This document shows, piece by piece, positions 13,201 to 27,011 of a stretch of 64,000 nucleotides of DNA. Location: positions 15,947 through 79,946 of the forward strand of contig WELA01000853.1 of the NCBI GenBank assembly GCA_009602735.1, in the 5' to 3' direction. Both the position numbers and the translations under genes were made by a program. The notes under the pieces are model-generated. The model worked only from the letters and a program-made list of their open reading frames with translations. It did not search any database and had not been told where the DNA came from. Every line of letters begins with the position of its first letter. Within the stretch, counting starts at the first letter, position 1. This DNA comes from Mesotaenium endlicherianum (Eukaryota).

Positions 13201-15269
13201 ATTAAGGTTAGGGCTAGGCTTGGCATCAGGATTAGGGTTAGGGTTTCTGTCTTGGATGCATGTCCTCGGGGGGGAGGGTGAGGAGCGGGCACCTCGGTCT
13301 GGAACTCGAGCTCGCCCTGCGGCGAGTGGCGGTGCAGCACCTTCACGGCGGCCGGCGTGCCGCCCGCCAGCGTGGCGCGGTAGACGGGCCCGAAGGCGCC
13401 GGAGCCGATCTGCGCGCTGAAGTTGCCCGTCGCCCGCTGCAGCTCCCTGCGCCCCCCCACGCGCAGGGGCCGCCGGGCAGAGGCGGAGGCGGAGGCAGAG
13501 GCAGAGGCAGAGGCGGTGGCAGAGGCAGAGGCAGGCAGGCAAACAGGCAGGCGATGAGACAGAGCGCGCGCGCCCGCTGGCAGGCAGGCGGGCGGACGTG
13601 CGGGCAGGCGCAAGATGAGAGCACAGGTCAGTTGCAGCAGGGCTAGGAACAAGGTCGGGAACAGGTTTGGAATATGGGGCCACACAGGGTGGGCCATGCC
13701 TGGTGGCTGCGGGGAGCTGCAGCAGGCAAGGCGGAGGCAGGCGGGCAGAGGCGAACGATGAGAGCACGCGTGCGTGGGGGCAGCAGCATGTGTGCGTGCA
13801 AGCGTGTGTGTGCGTGCGTGCGTGTCTGCACAGGTGCACGGGCGCCCGTGCATGCGCGCAGGTCGGCCAGCAGGCAGGCAGGCGGGCGGGCGGGTGTCCG
13901 TGTGTGCTTGAGTGTGAGCACGAGCACTAGCACTAGCATATGTTTGTGTTAGAATGTGCTTCTGGCAGCAAGATACAGACGGGGCACACACGCACGCGCA
14001 CACGCGCACGCACGCACTCTGTCAAGATGGGCCATACGTGCTGCTTGCGGACACATTACTGTGCTGGTGTACATACACAGACACCAAAGCCGAGAACCAA
14101 AGGCAGCGAGAGTGTGCCCAAGACCGGCATGCAAGCTTTGACCCCAAAACGACAGAGGGCTCAAAGCTGTCAGAGGAGAGAAAACACTGGCGGGCGGCAG
14201 GCGGCGGGTGGGAGAGGAGAGCTCCAAGCTTGCTCCCCTCGAGGGAGCAAACGAGCAAGCGCACGCACAGGAGCACGCGCGCATGCGCGTGCACGAGTCG
14301 AATTGCCATCAGGCAATCAAGCGAGCAAGCGAGCAACAAGGCAAACAAGCGGGCAAGCAGGCAGACGAGCGAGCGAGGCAAGCAGCCGAGGAAGCCGAAG
14401 CAAGGAGAGAGGGAGTCAACAAGCGAGCAAGAGCAAGCCCTCGAGCAACCGCGCGGGCTTGAGAGTGTGCCAGCTGGCGGGCGGGCGGGCNNNNNNNNNN
14501 NNNNNNNNNNNNNNNNNNNNNNNNNNNNNNNNNNNNNNNNNNNNNNNNNNNNNNNNNNNNNNNNNNNNNNNNNNNNNNNNNNNNNNNNNNNNNNNNNNNN
14601 NNNNNNNNNNNNNNNNNNNNNNNNNNNNNNNNNNNNNNNNNNNNNNNNNNNNNNNNNNNNNNNNNNNNNNNNNNNNNNNNNNNNNNNNNNNNNNNNNNNN
14701 NNNNNNNNNNNNNNNNNNNNNNNNNNNNNNNNNNNNNNNNNNNNNNNNNNNNNNNNNNNNNNNNNNNNNNNNNNNNNNNNNNNNNNNNNNCCCCGCCCGG
14801 GCCCTCCTCCTCTCCCCTCCTCGTCCCCCCCTCCCCCTCCTCCTCTCGCGTGTCGTCCCCTTGGGCCCAACTCTTCGTCGATGTCATCGTCGGAATCGGA
14901 CCCCTCGCTGACCGGGGCAATCCCCACGTCATCCGTCAGGCGCCGCTTCTGCAGCGAGTGGGAGCGCGACATGTGGCGCCGCCTCCTCCTCGCACACAGC
15001 CAGCAGGACAGGGCCCACACAAGGAGCAGCATGGCCAGCCCCGCCGTGACACCTATCCCTGCCAGCACCCCTGGGGAGATTCGTCCCCCCCCTTTGCTCT
15101 CCCCCCCTCCTCCTCTCTTGGGGGGTGGGGGGGATTCAAAGCCTCCGAGAGGCGGCGGCAGGGGAGGGGCAGCGGATGGGAGGAGGGGGGAGATTGGCGG
15201 CGTGGGTAACAAGGGGGGATTCGCTGGTGGAACTTGCCCTGGGGGAGGGAGTGGCGCCCCGCTTGCCAT
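7215..15269 (-). CDS. CRLK1: Calcium/calmodulin-regulated receptor-like kinase (CRLK1/2-like, RLK/Pelle). Exons 15269-(gap ~14790), 13446-13293, 12528-12402, 11447-11362, 10086-10015, 8677-8459, 7889-(gap; stop uncertain, ~7215)
   Basis: GT-AG exons join in phase. They give a Pro-rich N-terminus, a TM helix ([30 protein letters not shown]), then [118 protein letters not shown]. These closely match Arabidopsis CRLK1 motifs as I recall them. Both ends run into N gaps. Confidence 0.9.
7918..8152 (+). repeat. Imperfect (GCA/GGA)n trinucleotide microsatellite in the last kinase intron
   Basis: Runs of gcagcagca/ggaggagga. Explains the poly-L/poly-S/poly-A shadow ORFs. Confidence 0.85.
12240..12392 (+). 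repeat. Degenerate telomere-like (TTTAGGG/TTAGGG) intronic repeats; similar patches at ~11235-11320 and ~12970-13245
   Basis: tttagggtttagggtttagg at ~12266-12285 and ttagggttagggttagg at ~12366-12382. Confidence 0.7.
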
Positions 15270-17351
15270 GGTGAGTACCACTACTGTAGAGAGGTCGGGA
15301 TGGGTTGGGGACGATTTGCCTCCCCCTGAAATTCTCAATATTATTATTATTCTTAAGGGGGTGTAGGACCCCAAGAGCCTCTGCACTAATTGCCTATCAG
15401 TGAGATTATTTTACTGGGCTGTCTGAAAACTTCCAAGGAGTCTCCAACCGGATTTTAGGTGGGGGTGTCCTGAAAGGTTGCCTGCGTTTTATACGGACTG
15501 TCTGTTAAGCGGGGGGAAGCTTACCCATCATGGAACTCGTAATAAGCTCTATATACATATAATATTTCTATCATCACATCGTGTACATGATGACTCGTGA
15601 AAAATAAATACTTCCTACGACCAGGTATTGACAATAAGGCAAGAAGCAGGTCCGCCTTGCGAACAGCTGGCAACAAATGTCCCCCACCCTGGCGGTGTTG
15701 TGTGGTGGCAGCCCCTCTTTCTGCCCTTCCCGAGCACGGCCTGCGGCAACCTTGACCAGAGGCTTACAAGTTGACTACTTTCACCAGCTCGGTTGAATAA
15801 GTTTGACCAGCTGTTCAGTGAGCTAGTGGCGCAGGAACGGTCTCCAGGCGTTGCAGAGAGATTGCACTAACTTCCTATTTTTATCTACAGCGAGAACTTA
15901 TGTTATTAAAACATATGCTGCAGTTCTCAAGCTGATAAATCAACCTCCGCGTCCGTATTTGTTTCTCCAGTTGGCTCTACTTGTGCTCTACGAATTTCCT
16001 CATAAATGAAAGACTTAACACCACACATGCCCTTACCAGCCATATATATAGAGGAACCCAACCTCAGGAATAAATTCCAGGAAGCAACGTTCCATATCCA
16101 GTATCGCTCCTTGCATTCAGTGCCACACCCTCGACCTGGTCGGCGCAGGGCGCTCTTGCTGGAAGACTGCCAAAGCGGGAGGTTCACATTCGTCTATCGA
16201 GCGCGCAATTGAATACGGACTCAAGACTTCCTAAGCAACGCACTTATCTCCATTGCAGCAGCGGACGTGTATCTGCTCAATACATTACAGTACAGGACTA
16301 CGACGAAGCTGTCTAACGAATAAGCACTGTCAGCCTGGCATTCCTTTGACATGACTACTAGCTTCCGTGCATAGATGGGCTTCTAAAAGAAAGGTGGTGC
16401 CCGAAAAGTCGAGATGCAGGCAGATGCGACAAGCCTATCTGAAGCATAGTACATACAATGAAAGCCCAGTCGTCTTTTCACCTTCGCACTGAATATCGAG
16501 CACTTAACCAAGGCCGAATGATTTAAAGAGCAACAAAAAGCGAAGGAAAGAATTACAGAAAGATTTTCGCTTTGGAGCATTTTCAGGAAGAATACAGGGA
16601 AAAAATACACCAACTTTGCATCGACGAAGGCGTGAGATTGCAGGCACACGCTTTAGCGCAACGCTGCTCGCTTCAAGTATGACTTAATAAAATATTGCAC
16701 AATCCTACGTCTTTTTAATAATCTTAATATTCCCGGTGGCCAGTCTATTTACACGTGTAAAAATACAGTGTGGATCGATGTTCGCTCGGGTGAACTCGGA
16801 TGGACTCGACCGGACGCCACCTCCGCACAGAAATTTGCCAGCCGGCTGCATGCAGTCTCATGGTGACTGTCGCGCCTTGCCGACGTCTGAAGCGATTCTA
16901 AAGCTAGGGGGCCTCTCGTAATATCACTCATCCCACCACATTCCGCTTCCACAAAGTCATGCTGGAGTAGAGCCTCTGCAGGTCTCATACAGCAGCGGTT
17001 GTTAATCTTGCTCAACTGGTGGTTTCATCGAAGGGTGGTGTTAACGAGAAGTTAGAGGTAAATGTTTTAGGTAGGAGCTAGTAGTAGTTCTGTGAAATAC
17101 GTTCACTCCAAATTGTTCACCTTTCTGCATTCAGGGCCCTCCCGCGTTCTTTCCCTTCTTTATATCGTTCTCCCTTTCCTTTCGCTCGTTGACCGTTGGT
17201 CACGCCTCGTATCTGGCTCCAGAAAAGTTGACGTACGTCTCCCTCTCAGGACTAACCTCTCTCAGGGGTCTTGCCGCGAGTGACCGTGTATAAATCCAGA
17301 AACCGAACGCTTGGGCTGTAGAAAGAAGTCTGCGTTAACAACTACCGCATC

Positions 17352-20300
17352 ATGTCGAAGAAGAACAAATTGAGTACGCGGAGAAAGCAACATGAGTTTG
17401 ACCTCAAGAGTAAGCTTGCACCTGCTGCTCCTCACCTCATCTACCTGCATCCGCCCCTTCTTCCGATCCTTCTCAAACATCCGATCTACAACCTGGTTCA
17501 GCCGCCCCCTGTTTAACATTCATATCTGCTTGCCTTTTTCTAGACATATGCTTTCTATTCGTATGCATGCAGACAGGTGGGCAGTTCCAGGTACACCCAA
17601 GGGTGCACGTGCAGAAGTTTATATAACTGCATGTTGTAAGCATGCACCAGATCAACTACACAAGCATGCATGTACCCAGAGGTATCCAATTGCAGAGCTG
17701 TCCATGCGCGTGCGTGCTCGCGCTCGAGCGCGCGCGCGTGCATTTGTGTGTATGTGTGTGTGTGTGGGCGGGTGCGTGTGTGAGAGAGTAGAATATAGAC
17801 CCGGGGATCAAATATAGCAGCAGATAGAATGGCCGTGTGCCAAGTGTGCCAAGCTGCGAGGGACTAGGGTTGACATCCTTCTGCCGCGACAAGACGAGAA
17901 AAAGTCTATGGCCATAATATAGGTGCATGAACTTTAGTGTTTAGGCCTCAGTTTGTGTTCCCGAGATGCCGGAGTTCTGAGGAATCAGTTGTCAACTACA
18001 TGTGGCGCACTCACCTCGCTTCTCCCTTTCTTCACTCTACTTTTTTAAACTCTTGTACTTCACTCTCTTGTGCTGTGGGGAATAGCTGTCACCTCTCTCT
18101 ACTGTTGTCTCTCTCCGCGGTCCTCTCTCAGTCCATTTTTCTGGCCAGCGGAGTTACCCTCTCCAGAAAGTAACGGTCATCTGTCATCACCCTCTTTTTT
18201 TTTGTTTTTTTGTTTTTGTTTTTGTTATGTTCTGCTCGTTGTGTCACTTTCTGTATCTTATTATTAGCCTCCCAGCAAGCTGAACTGCAGCGATCAGCCC
18301 TGTCATGCAGGTGGCCGTAATTCCGCGCCTCCTTAAGCATGCACATGCTTGGTTTAGCACACAGTAATGCTGTTGTGTTTTTGCTGGTGTATCGTGACTG
18401 GGTGCAGGGGAGAAGGAGGAGAAGGACCTGCGCGAGAAGAAGCTGGCAGCAAAAGGCACCAAGATGAAGGTGAGCTTTTCTTTTTTTGCATCTGTGTGAA
18501 GGGTCACCCGGTCTATAGAGTTTTGGCAGGGGGCAAAGGCCAGAGGCTCCCTTCAGGGCAAGGTTGAGATAGCAAGCGGGCTGTTTTTTGATGTCTCAGT
18601 GGGTTGCAAACCCGCGTGTGTCGAGTGTGGGCGATGAAGGAGGCACGGGGACAAGTCTCAGTGAAGGGTTCCTGGGTTTGTGTTCGACGAGCAAAAGCAG
18701 ATGGCGCGTTTATGTTTTCTTCTGGTCGCAGTGTGAATGCAAATCGACTCGGTGCGCATTTGACAAGTGGCAGGGGCGCAGAGCTCGCCAGCCCCAGGGC
18801 AAGGATTCAAGCTCAGCTGAGAGTTAGCGTCAGGCGAACGAGGCAAAGCATTTGGCTGTCGTGAGAGTCCCCCACAGGGAAATGATCAGGGCGGAGGGCT
18901 GAGAATTAAAGTCAGGCGATTGAACGGAGCGATTAAGCGAAGCACTGGATCGCCGCGAGAGCCGCATGCCGGGGTAAAATCCAAGTCTGAGGGCTGAGAC
19001 TTAGGGTTAGGTGATTGATTAGAGCGCGTGTAAGTGAAGCATTGGGTCGCCGTGAGAGCCGCATGCCGGGTGGAAATTAGGGCTGAGGGATTCAGCGGAA
19101 GTGTGCAGTGCAGAGGCAGGGGCGGGGGAGGGGTGGGCCGGGGGCCGGATGGCCGGGGGCGTGACGAGGGCTTAGATCAAAATGTCCTGGGGCTTTTGTC
19201 GGCTGTACGGGTGGGGCGAGGACGCGGGGTTGGATGGAGTCCGCGAGTGTTGGTGTCTGGAGCAGGCGCACCGTCGCTCGCACTCTGGATGTCGGCTTGG
19301 AGGAGTAGGGTTTTCAGTTTTTGGGGGTTTATGATTGTGTCCAAGGTGGAAGATGGAATGCTCTCATGCTTCGCCGAGGCTCACAGCTTTTTCTGGGGGT
19401 CTAGGTCTAGGCCTAGGTCTAGAGGTTTAAGCTTAGGCCTAGGCCTGGGTGTAGATCTAGGTGGAGGTCTGCTGCAAGTGTGCTTGGTTTTCACCTCTTG
19501 CAAAAGTAGTATATTGGAGGTTAGGGGTTTTTGAGTGAGGGCTCTGAGGGTGCGGGTTTTCTGACGTGTGCATGCCGCCCAAGGGGTCCCCGGTCAAGCG
19601 GTGTGCTGAGGGTTTGTGGGCGATGGGCAAAGGGTTTTTGCTTGTGGGCGTGGAAGGTTCACCCGGAAGTTTCCGACTCGTGGTTTTGAAGGGGCAGCCC
19701 CCTGCTGCTGCCTCTGCTGCTATTGCTTCTATGATGTTAACGCAGCGGCATGCTGCCGCTCTCTTTCCCTATGTTCAAATTGTATGTGTGATGTGTGCCT
19801 CCACACCTGTCCCCCGGAATGTGTGCATAGTCCAGGGTCTCTTCTTTCCCCTCTCTCCCTCCCCCCCCCCNNNNNNNNNNNNNNNNNNNNNNNNNNNNNN
19901 NNNNNNNNNNNNNNNNNNNNNNNNNNNNNNNNNNNNNNNNNNNNNNNNNNNNNNNNNNNNNNNNNNNNNNNNNNNNNNNNNNNNNNNNNNNNNNNNNNNN
20001 NNNNNNNNNNNNNNNNNNNNNNNNNNNNNNNNNNNNNNNNNNNNNNNNNNNNNNNNNNNNNNNNNNNNNNNNNNNNNNNNNNNNNNNNNNNNNNNNNNNN
20101 NNNNNNNNNNNNNNNNNNNNNNNNNNNNNNNNNNNNNNNNNNNNNNNNNNNNNNNNNNNNNNNNNNNNNNNNNNNCCCCCCCCAACACCTCCTTTCCTCT
20201 TTCGCCCGTTTTTGCACTTTTCACTGTGCTCAGGCTTCTCAAAGTGTGATGTGTTAAAGTTTGTGCATCTAGTAGGTGCCGATGATCTTTGCATGCACAC

Positions 20301-20928
20301 ATGTACGTACCTGAATGTGTCTAGATGTCTACGCTTGTGCGTGAGCAGCAGTATGCATGCATTTATGTGATTATAGACCTTCTTGTCTGTCTATTTGCGC
20401 GTGCATGTGAGGTTCATGCATGCGTAGGACTGTGCACGTTACGTCGAGGGGTGGCCGTTGCTCTCCCCCTCTGCCAACACACACCCGCGCTTCCACGCAG
20501 CATGTAGCAGCGAGCACATGTGCGCTTGCGCATGTGTGTGCATGTGCTAGCACTTGCACCCTGCTTGTAAGCGCGCGCATGCGCGGGTGCATGTAGTCAT
20601 GCACTCATGGGTCACATGCGTTTAAGCCTTCGCATGCGTTGGCACGTGTAGGTTTACGTACGTGTGCATGCGCGCGTGTGCATGCATATGTGCACACACG
20701 TGTATGTGTCTACTCGGGTGCACGCGTTCAGTCTGTGGCTATACGCGTGTGTATGCGCGTGCGCGTGAGCAGGTGGACACGAAGAAGAGCAAGTCCAAGT
20801 TTGTGAAGAAGAAGAAGGGCGGGGGCCTGCGCGTGGGCGCCGCCAGCAAGAAGCTGACTGTCAAGAAGAAGGCTCTCACGCCCGCCGCCAAGGCCAAGGC
20901 CGCGCAGGCCATGGACGTCGACGCCTGA
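17352..20928 (+). CDS. Small lysine-rich conserved plant protein (91 aa); exons 17352-17409, 18408-18469, 20773-20928
   Basis: In-phase splicing gives MSKKNKLSTRRKQHEFDLKREKEEKDLREKKLAAKGTKMKVDTKKSKSKFVKKKKGGGLRVGAASKKLTVKKKALTPAAKAKAAQAMDVDA*. It resembles an uncharacterised land-plant family with MSKKN...QHEFDL.REKEEK...KMKVD...AKAKAAQAM motifs. Confidence 0.85.
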
Positions 20929-23015
20929 TGCCCGCCACCTGGCACGTGCCCCCAGGCACTTGGCATCAGGCACTCGGCGCTCACCACCTGGCACCTGAGG
21001 CCTGAGGACCAAGGCTGTCCGTTAAAGAAGCCTGCCAGGTGGCACCAGGTGTCGGGTGTCCGGCGCCTGACGCCTCCATCGACGGGCATGCCTGATGCGT
21101 ATCGCTTGGCAGTTAACACCTGGCGCCAGCCGCCTGTCGCCTGTTGCCTAGGGTCTGGCACCTGGGCCTGGTTAATCTTGAAGTCGACATCCGAGGTTTA
21201 GGGGTTTGACATGGAGGTGAAGGCTGAGCAAAAAGGTGGGAGCTGGAGGACGTCTAGAGACGGAGGGGGTGTGAGGGTGCACAGTGTGCGGAATCATAAC
21301 CAGCAGAGATTGGCGGTTTGGGGCTCGTCCCGTTGCAGCTTGCAGTCATAGAAGGCTTCCAGGTGTCATGTATTCAGGGGAAGGGTGGTGTGTGCAATGG
21401 GAACAGAGCGTTCCGCGAGGGGCTTGGAGATCAGCCCTCCCCTGCGTGTTGCTCTTTCTCTTCTTTGTTCCTATGTCGCGCTCTTCCCTCGCGCAGTTCC
21501 CCCNNNNNNNNNNNNNNNNNNNNNNNNNNNNNNNNNNNNNNNNNNNNNNNNNNNNNNNNNNNNNNNNNNNNNNNNNNNNNNNNNNNNNNNNNNNNNNNNN
21601 NNNNNNNNNNNNNNNNNNNNNNNNNNNNNNNNNNNNNNNNNNNNNNNNNNNNNNNNNNNNNNNNNNNNNNNNNNNNNNNNNNNNNNNNNNNNNNNNNNNN
21701 NNNNNNNNNNNNNNNNNNNNNNNNNNNNNNNNNNNNNNNNNNNNNNNNNNNNNNNNNNNNNNNNNNNNNNNNNNNNNNNNNNNNNNNNNNNNNNNNNNNN
21801 NNNNNNNNNNNNNNNNNNNNNNNNNNNNNNNNNNNNNNNNNNNNNNNNNNNNNNNNNNNNNNNNNNNNNNNNNNNNNNNNNNNNNNNNNNCCCCGGGCCC
21901 CCCTCACCCCCCCTTTTCCGCCAGGTCTTGACACTCTCATCCTCTGCAGCCCCTCTGCCGGCCCTTCTCGTTCTTCTCCTTGCGTTCTCCTCTTTCCCCT
22001 CCAGTTTTAACTGCCAGCGCGTCGTGCTTGTTTCAAGGCCGCAAGCCACAGGCTGGTCTCTTTGCCCTCTCGTTCTCTCTTCTCAGGGACTCTCTCTTCC
22101 TTCTCCCGGCTTACTGAGGGTGGGGAGGAGGATTCTGACAAGGTAGCGCTCAGAACTAACAGGCAGAAGGGGTGGAAGAAGTCTGCGTTGACTAGGGGCA
22201 CGAGCGTTTGTCTTAGCTTGCCTTATCAAGCTTTCAGGGGCGTTGTAGGCTTTTTCAAAGAAAGATAGAAATGGAGCAGAGAGTAGGGCGGGACTCTGTT
22301 CAGACTAAGTGTAGATCAGGTTGAACAAGTTGTACCTGTGTCGTCTTTCCTTTAATTCTCTTAAGAGCTTCACCTCAGTGGTCCACCTCAGCACCGACCC
22401 TGAATACAACATTTGTCATCCACAGACTGGTTCCATCATTGCACGTTTGCATGCAATTTTCAGTTTGCCGTCTAACTCTTGGAAGTGACTGCATGTTGTG
22501 TAGCAACTATGTGAAGTGTGCGCTCTCAGGTTCTGAAGCATCGAAGGGCTCAAGCAGCTCTCGCCTTGCGCAGCAGGCTGCCAACCGATGATCGCTGTTT
22601 TGACTGGCTATTGCCAATTGTTGCCAATGAAATCTCGCATCGTGCACCATTGCCATTGCAAGTAAGAAAGCACAAATAGACACCGGAGAATTTCATGCGA
22701 TTGGTACGCGACCTAAGACTACTGAAATGCTCTGCACTGTCTAGAAAATAAATAATTGATCCCATACATCCTTAGGCCCGCGGGCCACAAATCCAAGAAG
22801 TGATACGTGCTAGTGTAGCGCATGAAATGTGAGATTCTATGGCAACTCCTTAATTAGATGGAGGAGAACATGTACCTAGTAGTACCTTATGATACATAGA
22901 AGGAGCGTAGATGTCTGAACCTGCACGCCAATCAATTTCCATCTATCGACCACTCCCCTCAGGAAGAAATGACATTAGAGGGGGGCACTTGATTATCATC
23001 AACTGTATGAACTTG

Positions 23016-25443
23016 CTACACCTGCATCCTAGTGCTTGGTTCGAAGCAATACTGAGGGGCTTGCCACCCTTGGTCATCCAACACTCTCCCCGCCTCAAAC
23101 TTCAGCACAGTGAAGATAGCCCCAGTGAAGAACTGCCACTTCACGGGCACTTTAGCCTGCGACAAAACACATGGCATACACATGTAGACTATCAGATCTG
23201 ATGACAACAAAGTAATTCACAGAAAGAAAGTAAGGCCCTGCCGCCCTGTCCAACAGTGGAGATAAAGTGAACCAATGCACACCACGAAAAGGCTCAACAG
23301 GCTGTCTCCTGAAAAACTTACCTCCACATTGTCTTAGCAACTAAGATGTTCAAAATACCACCGCTCATTACTCTTCGCACCTAGCTTACAGCAAGATTGA
23401 ATTCTGCTAAGGAGATGCTGACTCCAATACTGAAGGTGCAAGCAGCAGGCAAGCTGTCGGGTTTCTTCCGGGCTTCAACGTACACCAAGATATCATACAA
23501 GCCATCATCTACCGAAGCAAAGGAAGAAGGTAACCAAGAGTAGAATCTGTCCATACGTACCACATTCCACATAGAATTGTGGTATGCCAACTGCGAGAAC
23601 TGGACCCAACAGAAAGAATCTCAACTCCCCTCTTAAACCCGACACCCACAACTTTACAGGAGTAGATTGCAAATAAAGATGTACCAGCAATCCGAAGCTA
23701 CATCACGTCGCAAAACACACATCTCTCTTGAGTGTGTGAGGGAAGTCGATAGAACCACAGAGCATGCACACTGGACACTCGATGACCTTTCACCGCAAGA
23801 GAAGAAAGAACAAGAACAACGGAAGGGAATATATACAGGCATCTCAGTTCTTTGAAACATCCTCAGCATTTGAGGAGGAAGGTGGAAGAGTGTCCGGTAC
23901 CTGGACATCCTCATAGTATGTGATGAATTCGGCCTTGGAGAAGACATTGCACTCGACTCCACCCACACTCTCTCTCCCCAGATAAGAGGCACCAGCGAGC
24001 CAATCTGGTCGGAGGATTCCCACTGGGAAGCTTATGGTCTTGCAGATTTCGGCCTCGAGGTCAAAGTAATAACTGCAATCCGATCGAGAGGGAGGATTGA
24101 GCGACAAACAAGTGATGTCATACATCTTTCTATATTTTGAGTTATACGTACACGCAAGTAATAGTGCATCTTCTCAATCTAGTAGGTATAACCTCCGTTT
24201 CGTGCAGTGGTGGTATAGGGAGACAAATTTAGTACCGGACACTTGCATGTACTATCCTCATCGCAATTAAATTCATTTGTTTATGTTAAGACCAATTGCG
24301 ATTTATAGCTGGACTAGTTATTTGATACTACTGACAGAAAACTCCTTCCTTGCGAAATCGTGAACAAAGGATGTCGTTAAACAAAATAATCACGTTCTAA
24401 GCTAGAAGCTTGGCGTAAAAATTAAGGTACAAGATGATCAACCCCCGCGTAGCAAACTTTCTTTCATCCTGTGAATGCAGAGATGGGCCCCCATTCCCGG
24501 GATACATGTTGTACCTACATACATACTTATTCATACATAGATTTATATTTTTATATATCGTACACACACACACACACGCACACACAAGAGGATCAAAGAA
24601 GAACACAGACCTTTACCTGGTGCCATTGTTCCACTCCACATCATAAAGCGTGTTACCTCCAATAGAGCGTATGATGTTCATGTTTCCCCCCCTCTTCCAG
24701 TCATACCAAAGGTCAACGATGGCCAGGTTTCCCGTCCTGTTCTGAAACAACTGACAATAAAGTTGCTTGGGCCAGGGAGTAGGCTTGGGAACAGGCTCAA
24801 GTTGAGGTCCCAAAGCGAGTGCAAGTCTGGAAGCAGACTCGGAGTGCGATGCAGCTTCTTCAACAATTCCGAGATTACGAGGGGCATTTCTGATAAGGGT
24901 GAGCAGAACTTCTGACAGCGTTCCCTCAGGGTGGTTGAAGAAGAAATGTCGCATTTGATTGGACTTCCTTCGCATCACATTCAGAAGGTTTCTCCAACCT
25001 TTATATTGATGATATGAGATATCTGCCCGTACTAGTCTGTTCACTGTTCTGTGAAGGTTCATCTTCCGGCCACCTTGACTGTGTGGGTTCTTGAATACAG
25101 CTCCTATGGGCAAGGCGTGAAGCCCTTGAACTTCAAGTGCACTGGTAGACTTGTGACGCGAATCAGTCTGCTTAATGACTGCCACAGACTCCGTTGGTTT
25201 CTCCCGACCCTCTATCCATTTTCCATTAATGCCGAAGACTGTGCGCAACCGTTCAGAAACTGTTCTTTCAAAGTTTAGCACACTCCTTATAGTCTGCTTG
25301 CCGCCCTTATGAGCAGCAACAGCAGCCGTGTATGGGAGTTGCAAAGAATGCACATGCTTACTGCCGTCTATGATCGCCGAAATGAACAAGATAGTAACCG
25401 CGGCCTTGAAAGGCTGCCGTGGAAGGCATATAGCTCGCACCAT
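23016..25443 (-). CDS. At4g14100-like uncharacterised secreted protein; exons 25443-24617, 24072-23901, 23156-23016
   Basis: Hydrophobic N-terminus. Motifs PVPKPTPWPKQ, DLWYDW, YDVEWNNGTS|YYFDL, VGILRPDWLAGASYLG, CNVFSK..FITYYEDV|, PVKWQFFTG, WQAPQYCF. GT-AG junctions are in phase. Confidence 0.85.
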
Positions 25444-25954
25444 GCTACCACAGTCGATAGTTTAAAGACGGCCGCTCCTATTGAAGGCCTGCTAGTGCAT
25501 AGGACTCATATGTCCAACATCATGATTGAAGCCGCAGGTAAAGACAATAACTTCGGAATAAAAATATATATTGCCACCAGGCCCCTCAAGCAAAGTGTCT
25601 GCAGAATTTGCTTCTGCATTTGGAATATGTGTGAATGCTTTCATCAATTGATGAAACTAATTTAGTGAAGCAAGCCTGCATATATCGAGTGCTATCGAGG
25701 CCCTGTCGTGCTGCTTAATATCGGTGCAAGCCCATTCATTTATGGATCCATTGTTCTGCATTAAGCACCGGCACCACTTCTGGCCCCGTTGACATCATGG
25801 GCCATTATCTAAAGTTGGCACCAGACATGATACCACGTGGATCTAAAACAAAACTCATTGACCTCGAACCTCGATGGCCTGTGATCGACCCTATGTCCGA
25901 CCAAACGTAAACTATCTTGTTGGTAGATCAGCATGTTCAAAGCTATTCAAAAGA

Positions 25955-27011
25955 CAGGTCAGGTGGATAGTTTACGTGAAGAGTGTAGGCAGAATTTGAA
26001 GCGATGCCAGTGGCCACCCCCCAAAAAGGGCACTTTTGTGTGCCTGCCTCTAGGCCACAGTCGGCCAGTGCCCAGACCCCAGCGACCAGTTTCTCACTGC
26101 AGCACACCACAGGACCGTACTTGATCGAATGTCACGGAAATTCATACAATATGCATGTACGAGAGCGCGAGCCATTCACATGTTTGAGCCCAAATTGCCA
26201 TACGATCTATCGCCCACGTGTACGGGACGATCCAGAACAGGATCCAGGCTGATCCAGGCCGATCCAGGCCGCCGGCAGGTTTCGTTCGCGCTGCGCCCGG
26301 ACGGGGACAAACATTGTCAGAGGCAAACCGCTCCCAACATGACACGTGACACGAAAATTCCAAAGAAGTAATCGTGACGCCGTTGACATGCGTTTGCATG
26401 CAAGCGTGTTAAGTTGCTGGCACCGTCGCCGAGGTAACCCGCCAGCTCCCACGGGAGCGCTATATAAGTCGGTGCACCTGGTTGATTCGACAAGCGTGCT
26501 GATAAGCGTGCGTAGACAATGGGCCCACACAAAATCTTGGACGTGCTCATGTGGGGGAGTGAAGATGTATTCCCATACATCTTATGTGTGTATGAAATGG
26601 TGTTTATGCACACATGACGATGTGCATTCATGCATGCGCACTCACTCGCGTATTTGCATGCAAGCATGACGAGTTTGCATATGAGTGTACATATGTCGTG
26701 AAGCTCAGCCTACAGTTGAGCGACGTGTGCATGGTCATTTCGTTGCACATATATGCATGTAAAAAGAGCGTGTGAGAGATTTTTTATGTGAGTGCGTATG
26801 AGGGCGCTTAAATGCATGTCTATGTGAGGGCGCGGACAACATGTACAAGATTGATTGAGCGGACACGCAACCATCCCATGGAAGCCACTATGCATGTACA
26901 AACATGGCAATATGCTCCGCGTTGCAACATTCACCATTTCCATTAGGTTACGTTCCTAGTCATTACTTTGAGAATTCCTTTTAATAAATTACATGTTTCT
27001 GTGAACATGCT
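25955..27011 (+). repeat. Left terminal inverted repeat (near-identical part; diverged extension to ~27225)
   Basis: Reverse complement of 50234-51281. Contains GATCCAGGC subterminal repeats at ~26229-26270. Confidence 0.92.

Noticed and set aside
7285..14911. Many long overlapping ORFs rich in HT/CV/L/A repeats or spanning X runs
   Set aside because: Translations of microsatellites, GC-rich antisense frames and N gaps.
26004..26943. Identical ORF sets here and at 50302-51203
   Set aside because: By-product of the inverted repeats. The ORFs are short, overlap in all frames and have no protein-like motifs.
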